Positions 28,347 through 37,629 of a stretch of DNA of 64,000 bases are shown in pieces; the first letter of the stretch is position 1, and each line of letters starts with the position of its first letter. The notes below the pieces were generated by a model. That model made no database searches. It worked only from the letters and a program-made list of their open reading frames with translations, and was not told the DNA's origin. The DNA is from Clostridia bacterium (GTDB taxonomy: Bacteria; Bacillota; Clostridia; Christensenellales; Aristaeellaceae): positions 60,837-124,836 of the forward strand of contig JAFSGG010000042.1 in NCBI GenBank assembly GCA_017434775.1, in the 5' to 3' direction. A program made the position numbers and the translations under genes.

Positions 28347-30491
28347 TCATTTACGCTCGTATTGTATACTGACAGTTACGGAAGGCGTTTCCTCTCCTTT
28401 TTTGATAAAGGAAAGATTTTGACCCTGAAGAATCAATGTGCCGCTGGAGCCTCTGACCTGCTTATCGTTCAAAATAAGTTTAATCAGCTTCTCGTTGATC
28501 AAAGGACCGCCGCTGCGCGCCAGGCAATTTTTCCAGATGGTAAAATGGCATCCGTTTTTCCAGTCACTGCAGCCAAAGGCTTTTTCCGTTTCCTGCACCG
28601 GCTTTCCGCACAAGGGACATATAATTCCATCAACCGCCTGCACAGGCTTTGCTTTTGTGGTTCTCCCCCTGCCTCTTTTCCGCATTTCCTCGGGGAATGT
28701 GGTTTCTGTTTTGGTTTCTTTTGCATACTGAATCAGGAATTCGGACAAACGCCGAATGCCCTGCATGAATCGCTCTGTATCTCGCTCCCCTTTTGCAATC
28801 TGGTTTAGCGCCAATTCCCATTTGCCTGTGGTTTCGGGGGATGCGATTTCAGGCGGTGCAATATCAATCAGCGATACGCCTTTTTCCGTTGCGTTGATGG
28901 TTCTCCCCTTGCGGGCAGCATACCCCACCTGAATCAGCCTTTCAATAATGGCCGCCCGGGTGGCAGGTGTGCCCAGCCCACTGCCCTTCATTTGTTCGCG
29001 CAGTTCTTCGTCTTCCAGTTCTTTTCCTGCATGTTCCATAGCTGCCAGAAGAGATGCGTCCGTATGGGGCGCCGGCGGCTTGGTGGATTCCTTTTTAACG
29101 GTGGTCTTCTGAACGGTTGCAGTATCGCCCGTTTTCAGCTGCGGCAGCTGATCTTCTTCTTTCTCATCCGCAGGATATACATCTTTCCAGCCGTTGATAC
29201 GCACCGTTTTGCCAGTGGAGCGGAAAGAATGGCTTTCGCAATTTGTAATGATCTTTGTCTGATCATATTCGTGAGCAGGATAAAAGGCTGCGATGGTGCG
29301 ACGGGCAATCATATCAAAAAGCCTAGCAGCATCGGGCGGTAATTTATCCAAGGGCGCCGTCTGGGGGGTGGGAATAATGGCATGGTGATCGGATACTTTG
29401 GCATTATCGAAAATGCGTTTGGAAAACGGCAGCTTTCCGTCTTCTTTCCAGGGTATGTTTTTTACATGTTCCTGATAAGCACCAGGCATTTTCTGCAGCG
29501 TCAGCTTTGCCCTGCCGATCATATCCATGGGCAGATAACGGCTGTCTGTGCGCGGATAAGTGATCGCTTTCCATTTTTCATACAGTTCCTGAGCTATTTT
29601 CAATGTCTTATCTGCGGTGAAGCCCAACTTTTTATTCGCTTCCCGTTGAAGTGACGTAAGATCATACAGTTGTGGCGGCAGTTCTTTCTTGTTTTCCACC
29701 TGAACATCCTGCACAACAGCCCGTTTGCCTTTTATCTCTTTTGCAATGGCTTGCGCTTTTTCGGCAGTGGCAATACGATGATTCTTTTTATCGCTTTCAA
29801 CAGCCGGGTCAAACCATAATCCACTGTAACCATCGAACTGAGCGGTCAGAGTATGATATTCTTCCGGCTTGAAGTTAGCAATTTCCTTATAGCGCTTCAC
29901 GAGAATGGCCAATGTAGGTGTCTGCACTCGTCCGATAGACAAAAGAACATTGAACCGCAGTGTAAAGGCACGGCTGGCATTCATGCCAACCAGCCAGTCC
30001 GCTTCTGATCTGCTTCTGGCAGAAGCAAAAAGATTATTATATTCTGTACCTGATTTCAGTGTGGAAAAACCTTCCTTAATGGCTTCATCCGTCATGGAAG
30101 ATATCCAAAGCCTGTCAAACGGCTTTTTGCATTTGGCTTGCTCATAAATATATCGGAAAATCAATTCTCCTTCCCGTCCGGCATCTGTTGCGCAAATGAT
30201 TTTCTCCGTTTCAGGCGCATTGATCAGTTTTTTGATTACAGAAAACTGGGAACGGGTTTTGCTGATAACCTTCGTTGGGATCCTTTCCGGAAGAATAGGT
30301 AAATCTTCCATCCGCCATTTTTTATATTGATCGCTGATTTCGTCCGGCTCACACAGGGTGACCAGATGACCTACTGCCCAGGTGACAATATATTCATCCC
30401 CTTTGATAAAACCGTCTCCACGCTCCTTGCAGCGCAAAACACGGGCAATATCACGGGCCACACTGGGCTTTTCGGCAAGAACTACGATCAT
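28347..30491 (-). CDS. topB: DNA topoisomerase III
   Basis: TOPRIM N-terminus MIVVLAEKPSVARDIA, active-site region ITYPRTDSRYL and a C-terminal Cys4 zinc ribbon (CPLCGKPV...CSDWKNGC). Confidence 0.9.
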   Translation of the reverse strand: MIVVLAEKPSVARDIARVLRCKERGDGFIKGDEYIVTWAVGHLVTLCEPDEISDQYKKWRMEDLPILPERIPTKVISKTRSQFSVIKKLINAPETEKIICATDAGREGELIFRYIYEQAKCKKPFDRLWISSMTDEAIKEGFSTLKSGTEYNNLFASARSRSEADWLVGMNASRAFTLRFNVLLSIGRVQTPTLAILVKRYKEIANFKPEEYHTLTAQFDGYSGLWFDPAVESDKKNHRIATAEKAQAIAKEIKGKRAVVQDVQVENKKELPPQLYDLTSLQREANKKLGFTADKTLKIAQELYEKWKAITYPRTDSRYLPMDMIGRAKLTLQKMPGAYQEHVKNIPWKEDGKLPFSKRIFDNAKVSDHHAIIPTPQTAPLDKLPPDAARLFDMIARRTIAAFYPAHEYDQTKIITNCESHSFRSTGKTVRINGWKDVYPADEKEEDQLPQLKTGDTATVQKTTVKKESTKPPAPHTDASLLAAMEHAGKELEDEELREQMKGSGLGTPATRAAIIERLIQVGYAARKGRTINATEKGVSLIDIAPPEIASPETTGKWELALNQIAKGERDTERFMQGIRRLSEFLIQYAKETKTETTFPEEMRKRGRGRTTKAKPVQAVDGIICPLCGKPVQETEKAFGCSDWKNGCHFTIWKNCLARSGGPLINEKLIKLILNDKQVRGSSGTLILQGQNLSFIKKGEETPSVTVSIQYERK

Positions 30492-30657
30492 GGCTTTTTC
30501 CCCTTTCTTTGTTCCCCTATATTATACCATAGGAACATGTAAAATTAAAGTTTTCTTGCCATCAATTTACATGAAGAAACCATAGACAAAAACAGCTTTT
30601 TATGGTACACTACAAATGATTACGAAATTGTTAAATTCCAACCTGGAGGATACAGCC

Positions 30658-33600
30658 ATGTTGTTGAAAGGTACCAATGTGAAACGAATATTCTGCATGT
30701 TGCTTATTTGTATTTTGAGCATGCAGCTGTTTATGCCTGCAGTACAAGCGGATACAATGTTGAAGTCTGCTCCACTGTCCCGCGGGGTAACGCAAAATGG
30801 TATGGTGCGTGTGCGTCTAAGTTCTCTGGGCAATCCTTCCAGCCTGAAATTAACCGTCAACGGCAGCTATACCGTTAACGGAAAAACATCCAAAGCCATT
30901 GCTTCCGGTTCTGTTTTACAGGTGGGTTTTAGTGCTTCCACCGGTAAGCTGACCCTGACGCACAACGGAACCACCACGGATATGGGCGAAACTTTCAAGC
31001 TGCGCCGCCATGCAACCGATGGCAGCAACGGAATCAAAATTGCCCAGGGTCGTGTGCCTTCCAATCTCTACCCTGGTGATTTCGAATTTATCTCCAAAAA
31101 ATCCGGCAGCGGCTATACACTTTATGTGATTGTTCATGTGTACATTGAAGATTATCTTTATGGTGTTCTCCCCTACGAAATGGGCAATTCTTCCGGGCTG
31201 GAGGCGCTGAAAGCCCAGGCCGTTGCTGCCCGTACTTATACCCTCCGGGCCATGGACGGGCCGTCCACCAGCATTTATGACGTGGTTGATACCACTTCCG
31301 ATCAGGTTTATTCCGGAACGCCTTCCGGCAATGCCAATTGTAAAGCAGCAGTGGATGCAACCAAGGGGATTATCGGTAAAAACGGTTCAGCCTACACCGC
31401 CATGTATTATTCCGCTTCCAATGGCGGTCAGACTGAATCCATCAAGAACATCTGGGGTTCAAACAGCTACACGTATCTGAAGGTAAAGGATGACCCGTAC
31501 GATCTCGCGAACCCTGCCTCAAAGAAAAATACCTTTACCGTCAATGCATCCGGTGCACAATCCAACGCAACCCTTCAGTCGCTGCTGAACAATAAAGCAG
31601 CATCCAAGTTCGGCAGCGGTGCACAGGTAACGGCAGTGACGGATATTCAGCTGCACACACCCAAATATGCCGCTCCCAGCAAACTCTACACAAAGGCCGA
31701 TTTCACTGTGCGATACAGCAGAAACGGTTCTGTTGGCACGGGTACGCTGACTTTCGATATTTTCAACGAGCTGGAAGCACCGCTGGGCATGAGCATCAAC
31801 AGCGGCAGCAATGAACTGTGGACCGTTGAAAAAACATCAAACGGTTATACCGTATACGCGCGTCGTTATGGTCATGGCCTTGGCATGAGCCAGCGCGGCG
31901 CCATGTATATGGCGCAGATTGGCTATACGTATGATCAGATTCTGGCTTTCTATTTTGAAGGCTGCACCCGGGTGCAGTACACCTTTACGCGCTCCATCCT
32001 CAGCCCCGTTATCAGCGGACAGGACAGCAGCGAAGAAACCATTGTGGAAAAGCCCGCCGAACTGGAAGGCGAAAGCAAGTATACCGCCATCGTATCCGCA
32101 GACAGCGGTACTCCGCTGATGGATGCGGCTTATGTTGCGGCCAATACCATGACTACCTTACCCAAAGGTGCTAAAGTAACTGTAAATGTCAAAGAAGGCA
32201 ATTACTACCTGGTAACCTATGGCAGTTTGGTTGGCTATGTGCTGGCGGCAGACGTGGATCACAACGGTGCGGTTAACAGTGCTTCTACTTCCCCTACCAA
32301 GCTTTATGGTTACGGCAAGGTGGTTAATTCCAATGCGCTGAACCTGCGTACTGCGCCAACCATGACGCAAAGCACAGTATTGACCACTGTACCGGGAAAA
32401 ACCGTGCTGCCTATCTTTTCCATGAGCGGCCAGTGGGCTTATGTGCAATACGGTTTGCGCGTTGGCTATGTTTCAATGGACTATATTCAGCTTGTCAGCG
32501 CACCGCAGAATAATACGCCTTCTTCCCCCACGCAAGCCCCTGCGGATCAACAGAATCTGCGTGCTCGTGTAACCACTGCCAACGGTTCACTGAACCTGAG
32601 AAAAAAGGCCGATTCCAGTGCTGCGATCTTAACGACCATTCCTCAGTATACCGTGATTGAGGTATTACAAAATATGGGTACCTGGTGTGAAGTGGTCTAT
32701 AATGGGCATCACGGCTTTGTCATGAGCAAATTCCTGACCTTTGTCAAGAATGAATCGATAACGCCCTCCTTGCCGATTGCCACACCTACCATTGCTCCCA
32801 CGCAGCAGCCTGCAATCAATAAGCAGTATGCGCGTGTAACAACGACGAAAGGCTCGCTGAATCTGCGCGAAACCAATTCTTCCAATGCCCGTGTGCTGCG
32901 CACAATTCCCCAATACGAAGTAATTGAGGTGCTGCAGAATCTTGGGAGCTGGTGCAAAGTGGAATATGCCGGTACCGTTGGCTATGTTATGTCTTCTTTC
33001 CTCACCTTTGTGCAGCAACCTGTTACGCCAACCCATACGCCGTCAGCAACGCCTGTTCCTACGCCGGTTCCTACTGCGACACCGGTGCCTCAGCTGCCGG
33101 GTAAAAACTATGCCCGGGTTACGACGAAACAGGGATCGTTAAATTTGCGTTCTGAACCCAACGGACGTGTGCTTTGCACCATTCCGCAGTACGAAGTCAT
33201 TCAGGTGCTGAGCAAAGGCTCTCAGTGGAGCAAGGTAAGCTATAACGGCCGGGAAGGTTATGTGATGACATCGTTCCTGACCATGCTTCAGAATACGCCC
33301 GCACAAACTCCTGCATTGAACCCGACCGTTGCACCGACGGCGTCTCCTACAGCAACACCGACTGTTTCGGTTTCTACGCAAGCGCCTGCGCAGCAAGGTG
33401 ATGTGGCTTATGTCAATACGGAGCAAGGAAGCCTGAATCTGCGCGAAAAAGCCAACGGCAAAGTGATTTGCACCATTCCCCAGTATGCCATGGTGATTGT
33501 TGTCAGCAGAGGCTCTTCCTGGACAAAGGTGTATTATCAGGGCGTAACCGGCTATGTGATGACGAAATTCCTTTCTTTCAGCAGTGTCCAAACGCCTGCG

Positions 33601-34152
33601 ACCGCAACACCAAAGCCTGCTGCCACGCCTACCCTGCCTCCGCAGAATAATAACCAGACGGGACATGTAATCGGCTATGCAACGGTACATACTGCAAGCG
33701 GATCGCTCAATATCCGAGAACGGGCAGATGCTGACGCCAAAGTTATCGGCACCATTCCGCAAAATGCGCAAGTTGCCATTTATCAGAAAGGCACCGTCTG
33801 GTCCAAAGTCGGTTATCAGGGCATCAACGGTTATGTGATGAGCAGTTTCCTGTCCTTTACGGAAAACAGCGGAGGCAATGCATCTGTTCCTACGCAGCGG
33901 CCCACTGTTTCCAATGGCTATATGGATCCTACCATGATTACCCTTGAAGATATGGTTTTGGGCCGTGTAGTGAGCGGCGGTACATTCCTGAATCTGCGTG
34001 CTTATTGCTCAACGGATGCCCGTGTGATGGCTGAAATGCCTCAGAATATGTATGTGGTGGTCAAAAAGATCGGCAATGAATGGTGTGAAGTCATTTATGA
34101 GGATAAAACCGGCTACTGCCTGACTAAATATCTGGAGTTTGAATTGCCTTGA
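30658..34152 (+). CDS. SpoIID/LytB-domain protein fused to eight SH3b domains
   Basis: Signal peptide, then SpoIID motifs (YLYGVLPYEMGNSSGLEALKAQAVAARTY, YYSASNGGQTES, GHGLGMSQRGA), then 8 SH3_3-like modules separated by Pro/Thr/Ala/Gln linkers. The start is at ATG 30658, behind GGAGGA. Confidence 0.85.
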   Translation: MLLKGTNVKRIFCMLLICILSMQLFMPAVQADTMLKSAPLSRGVTQNGMVRVRLSSLGNPSSLKLTVNGSYTVNGKTSKAIASGSVLQVGFSASTGKLTLTHNGTTTDMGETFKLRRHATDGSNGIKIAQGRVPSNLYPGDFEFISKKSGSGYTLYVIVHVYIEDYLYGVLPYEMGNSSGLEALKAQAVAARTYTLRAMDGPSTSIYDVVDTTSDQVYSGTPSGNANCKAAVDATKGIIGKNGSAYTAMYYSASNGGQTESIKNIWGSNSYTYLKVKDDPYDLANPASKKNTFTVNASGAQSNATLQSLLNNKAASKFGSGAQVTAVTDIQLHTPKYAAPSKLYTKADFTVRYSRNGSVGTGTLTFDIFNELEAPLGMSINSGSNELWTVEKTSNGYTVYARRYGHGLGMSQRGAMYMAQIGYTYDQILAFYFEGCTRVQYTFTRSILSPVISGQDSSEETIVEKPAELEGESKYTAIVSADSGTPLMDAAYVAANTMTTLPKGAKVTVNVKEGNYYLVTYGSLVGYVLAADVDHNGAVNSASTSPTKLYGYGKVVNSNALNLRTAPTMTQSTVLTTVPGKTVLPIFSMSGQWAYVQYGLRVGYVSMDYIQLVSAPQNNTPSSPTQAPADQQNLRARVTTANGSLNLRKKADSSAAILTTIPQYTVIEVLQNMGTWCEVVYNGHHGFVMSKFLTFVKNESITPSLPIATPTIAPTQQPAINKQYARVTTTKGSLNLRETNSSNARVLRTIPQYEVIEVLQNLGSWCKVEYAGTVGYVMSSFLTFVQQPVTPTHTPSATPVPTPVPTATPVPQLPGKNYARVTTKQGSLNLRSEPNGRVLCTIPQYEVIQVLSKGSQWSKVSYNGREGYVMTSFLTMLQNTPAQTPALNPTVAPTASPTATPTVSVSTQAPAQQGDVAYVNTEQGSLNLREKANGKVICTIPQYAMVIVVSRGSSWTKVYYQGVTGYVMTKFLSFSSVQTPATATPKPAATPTLPPQNNNQTGHVIGYATVHTASGSLNIRERADADAKVIGTIPQNAQVAIYQKGTVWSKVGYQGINGYVMSSFLSFTENSGGNASVPTQRPTVSNGYMDPTMITLEDMVLGRVVSGGTFLNLRAYCSTDARVMAEMPQNMYVVVKKIGNEWCEVIYEDKTGYCLTKYLEFELP
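32080..34149 (+). repeat. Tandem array of 8 diverged SH3b-coding modules with P/T-rich linker-coding spacers
   Basis: Recurrent ...GSLNLR...IPQY.VI.VL....W.KV.Y.G..GYVMS.FL... units. Modules 3-7 are clearly paralogous at protein level and diverged at DNA level. Confidence 0.7.
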
Positions 34153-34892
34153 GTACTATTGTATTGCATGAAGACGAACGGATTGATGATCTTCAATTTG
34201 CAAACCTTCATATCATTCAGTCGGAAAACGATTTCCGTTTCAGCATGGATTCTGTATTGCTCTCCGATTTTGCCACATTGCAAAACAGAATCAAAGTATG
34301 TGATTTAGGAACGGGAACAGGAATCATCCCTCTGCTTCTTTACGGCCGAAACAACACGATCTCTTGTGATGCTGTTGAAATTCTGCCAAGTGCCGCTGAG
34401 CGCGCTGCAAGAAGCATGGAACTCAATGGTGTATCCCAATCCATTGTGGTTCACTGTGCCGATTTGCGCGATATCCGCACTTTATTACCCCATGGAAAAT
34501 ATGCACTTGTTACCTCCAATCCCCCTTACGCTTCGGCCGGCGCTGCTATTCCCAGCCCCTATCCTGCCATTCAGGGAGCGCGTCAGGAAGAAACCTGTAC
34601 GTTTGAAGATATTGTGGTGGCTGTCAAATGGCTGCTGAAATATCATGGACGTTTTTGTTTTATGTTGCCAGCTTTTCGTTTGGCAGAGGCTTTTTCTACG
34701 CTGAAAGCCCATCAATTGGAACCCAAGCGTATTCGTATGGTGCATAGCAAACACGGAAAAGAAGCACGTCTGGTGTTGGTTGAGGCGATGAAAGGGGTAT
34801 CTTCCGGTGTACAGGTATTACCGCCGCTGATCATCCACAACGATGACGGAACGGATACAGAAGAATTGAAACGTATTTATCATCAGATATAA
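34149..34892 (+). CDS. N6-adenine RNA methyltransferase, TrmN6/YfiC-like (COG4123)
   Basis: DLGTGTGIIPLLL motif I and SNPPY catalytic motif. The TTG start overlaps the upstream stop (TTGA). Confidence 0.7.
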   Translation: MSTIVLHEDERIDDLQFANLHIIQSENDFRFSMDSVLLSDFATLQNRIKVCDLGTGTGIIPLLLYGRNNTISCDAVEILPSAAERAARSMELNGVSQSIVVHCADLRDIRTLLPHGKYALVTSNPPYASAGAAIPSPYPAIQGARQEETCTFEDIVVAVKWLLKYHGRFCFMLPAFRLAEAFSTLKAHQLEPKRIRMVHSKHGKEARLVLVEAMKGVSSGVQVLPPLIIHNDDGTDTEELKRIYHQI

Positions 34893-34908
34893 GGAGTCAT
34901 TGCGTTTT

Positions 34909-36009
34909 ATGGAGTTTTTTGCAACTGCTGCCTTTGGATTGGAAGGGATCGTAAAACAGGAATTGAACCGTTTGCATATTGATGGAAAATGCGAAATGGG
35001 CGGTGTTCGCTTTTCCGGAACAGCCGAACAATGCTTTGAATCCAATCTCTGGCTGCGCACAGCCGACAGAGTGCTTCTGATTGTCGGCGAAGAAAAAGTA
35101 CTCTCTTTTGAAGACTTGTTTCAATTTGTTTCTTCTTTGCCCTGGGAGAGGTATTTGCCCAAAGATGCCCATTTTCCCGTCGTCGGAAAATGTGTAAAGA
35201 GCCAGCTGATGAGCGTGCGTGATTGTCAGGCCATTACAAAAAAAGCCATTGTGGAACGTTTGAAGAAAAAGTATAAAACAAGCTGGTTTGAAGAAAACGG
35301 TGCAGATTATAAGATTGAAATTGCAATCCACAGTGATATGGCACGGCTCACCATTGATACCAGCGGAAATGCGCTTAATAAACGCGGATATCGCACCTGG
35401 AATGGTGAAGCACCCATTCGCGAAACTTTGGCCGCTGCCCTTATTCTCACTTCCCCTTCTCGCGGAAAAATGCCCGTTTGGGATCCCTGCTGCGGCACTG
35501 GAACACTGTTGATTGAAGCTGCATACATTCAAGCCAATCGGGCGCCCGGCCTCACCCGTTCATTTGCCTGTGAAGGATGGAAGGATTTTTCGCCCAAAAC
35601 CATAAAAGATATTCGCAATCAAGCAGAAGCAGCTTTTCATCCGTCAGCCATTGGCGAAATCGGCGGAAGTGATATTGATCCGCAGGCTCTGACACTCTGC
35701 AAGCGACACATTAAACAAGCCGGAATTGGCGGAAAGATCACCGTGTTTGAAAAAGATTTGCGTGATTTGGAAGCTCCGTATGCTGCTCCATGTTTCATTG
35801 TGAATCCGCCTTATGGAGAACGACTGAGCGACCGTAAACAGTGCGAAAAGCTCTATAAGGGCTTACGATTGCTGAAGGAAAGGCACGTAGGCAGCCGTAT
35901 GTGCGTTATCACCGCACATAACGGATTTGAACGCTGCTTTGGCCAACGCGCCACGCAAAAACGTCGCCTTTACAACGGCAGGCTTGAATGTGAATACTGT
36001 ATCTTTTGA
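34909..36009 (+). CDS. THUMP-domain class I SAM-dependent RNA methyltransferase (RlmL/YpsC-like)
   Basis: N-terminal THUMP, DPCCGTGTLLIEAA motif I and NPPYGERL motif IV. ATG 34909 lies 12 nt after AAGGAG; TTG 34900 is the alternative. Confidence 0.8.
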   Translation: MEFFATAAFGLEGIVKQELNRLHIDGKCEMGGVRFSGTAEQCFESNLWLRTADRVLLIVGEEKVLSFEDLFQFVSSLPWERYLPKDAHFPVVGKCVKSQLMSVRDCQAITKKAIVERLKKKYKTSWFEENGADYKIEIAIHSDMARLTIDTSGNALNKRGYRTWNGEAPIRETLAAALILTSPSRGKMPVWDPCCGTGTLLIEAAYIQANRAPGLTRSFACEGWKDFSPKTIKDIRNQAEAAFHPSAIGEIGGSDIDPQALTLCKRHIKQAGIGGKITVFEKDLRDLEAPYAAPCFIVNPPYGERLSDRKQCEKLYKGLRLLKERHVGSRMCVITAHNGFERCFGQRATQKRRLYNGRLECEYCIF

Positions 36010-36012
36010 TAG

Positions 36013-36049
36013 AAAGAGAGCTGGGATGAAAACTCCCAGCTCTTCTCTT
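36013..36049. terminator. Bidirectional terminator between convergent methyltransferase and vanW genes
   Basis: Perfect 10-bp stem AGAGCTGGGA / TCCCAGCTCT (36017-36026 / 36034-36043) with flanking A/T runs. Confidence 0.75.
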
Positions 36050-37588
36050 TTATCTGTTTTTTGTTCCGGTATAATACAATGCAGCACGTGCTTTGCAGGT
36101 ATCACGGCTGATCATCTCTTCTGAAACCAGCACGCCGTTTTCCCAGCGCTGGAGATAGGTTTCATTGATGAAGCCATCCCTGGCTTTACGCACAAGATGC
36201 GGTTCTTCGTCTTTGTATGTGACAAATTCGTGATTTTTATCTTCCTGATATTCGGGCATCAACGGCGCAATGAGGGTTTCCACGGTTTGCGTACGAAGCT
36301 TGTACTCAACACCATCCCCAAGCGTATGGCCGTAAATACGCACCACACATTGATATTTATTCTTGCCCGTTTGTTCCACACGCGCCATGATATAGATTTT
36401 TCCATTCGTATTGTTTTTGAAGGAAAAATCGATCTTTCTGCCGGACGTATAGTAAACCGTAGCATCCTGACCAAATTCGGTATAGGTCACCTTATCGGAA
36501 TGGGAGGTGCGGCTTACAATTTCCAGATTGGCCGTCAGAGCTGCTTTGTAAATAGTTGTGCTGGCTTGGCATACACCGCCGCCCCATCCGGGAACACTGA
36601 GACCATTGGCATATTCAATTGCCATCTGGAATCCGTTTTCCATGGTGCGGGGCCCGACAATCTTGTTGAAACTAACCGTTTCACCGGGCAATACTTCTTT
36701 ACCATGATAGCGGGAAAATGCAACACGGATATTATCCGTTCTCGCCGTGGTGGAACTGGGATCAATGGGCGTGATGCATTCACCAATCAATGTTACATCC
36801 TTGCGGACATCCGATTCTGTTACCTTTGGCGGAATCAGCTGCGGTTGCAATTCAATGCTTCCGGATTCCCCTTTTGATGCCATATCCAACACTTGACGAC
36901 GAACCGAGGTGGAATCAAGAGAAGAACCATAGCTTTCCTTCTGAATACCAAAGGGTTCCTCCCAGGATTGGGGATAGAAATATACCAGTTTGGCATCCGT
37001 AGGCGCGAAGGTGAAATGTGCGGTGATCTGTTCCAGAATCTGATCCAGCTGCGTGGTATTTATGGAAGATTGGGTTGTATAGAGCTGATATGGATTTTCC
37101 TTCAGGGAATCAATATCCAGTTTGCTCTGATTCGCATCTTCCCGATGGCCTAATTCAAATGCGCCACGCAGAAGATCGTATACAACCTGCTCATCCGTAT
37201 GAACGCCCAGCATATCGTAATTAATAGTGACAAATGTGTGCCCCTGATACGTAATGGAAACATTCCAGCTGTTTTGACGCTGACGGACATTATTGATAAC
37301 CGTATCAATAGCTTCCTGCGGTGTCATACCGCCAATGTGAATGCCGTCCACATAGATATTGGGCAGATATACGTTCTGATATGCATTCACTTCTTGAAAA
37401 AGTGCTTGCTGTTTTTCGTATTCGGCTTTCTTTGCATTGTTTTGCTTCGTAATCGTAACAACAGCAGCAATGGCAGCAACAACTAAAGCACACACCAGCA
37501 AAACCGGTGCGAGCCTCAGTTTGCGTTTCTGGCTGCCATGGGGCGGCTGATTTTGATACGTAGGCGGAGGAAAGCCAGGTGTGTACAT
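36050..37588 (-). CDS. VanW-family cell-wall-associated protein
   Basis: N-terminal TM anchor and a VanW domain (VSFNKIVGPRTMENGFQMA...GGGVCQASTTIYKAAL...SHS). Confidence 0.8.
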   Translation of the reverse strand: MYTPGFPPPTYQNQPPHGSQKRKLRLAPVLLVCALVVAAIAAVVTITKQNNAKKAEYEKQQALFQEVNAYQNVYLPNIYVDGIHIGGMTPQEAIDTVINNVRQRQNSWNVSITYQGHTFVTINYDMLGVHTDEQVVYDLLRGAFELGHREDANQSKLDIDSLKENPYQLYTTQSSINTTQLDQILEQITAHFTFAPTDAKLVYFYPQSWEEPFGIQKESYGSSLDSTSVRRQVLDMASKGESGSIELQPQLIPPKVTESDVRKDVTLIGECITPIDPSSTTARTDNIRVAFSRYHGKEVLPGETVSFNKIVGPRTMENGFQMAIEYANGLSVPGWGGGVCQASTTIYKAALTANLEIVSRTSHSDKVTYTEFGQDATVYYTSGRKIDFSFKNNTNGKIYIMARVEQTGKNKYQCVVRIYGHTLGDGVEYKLRTQTVETLIAPLMPEYQEDKNHEFVTYKDEEPHLVRKARDGFINETYLQRWENGVLVSEEMISRDTCKARAALYYTGTKNR

Positions 37589-37629
37589 GCGTCAGTACTC
37601 CTTATGTATGATCAAAAAGGGCGGGAATA

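Noticed and set aside
25797-30491. Recombinase + methyltransferase + topoisomerase III as an integrated mobile element or conjugative-element remnant.
   Set aside because: I could find no flanking direct repeats. There is no relaxase, replication or transfer gene. Apart from the 575-bp AT-rich gap, composition looks like the surrounding core genes. This stays a weak possibility and is noted under the AT-rich islet finding.
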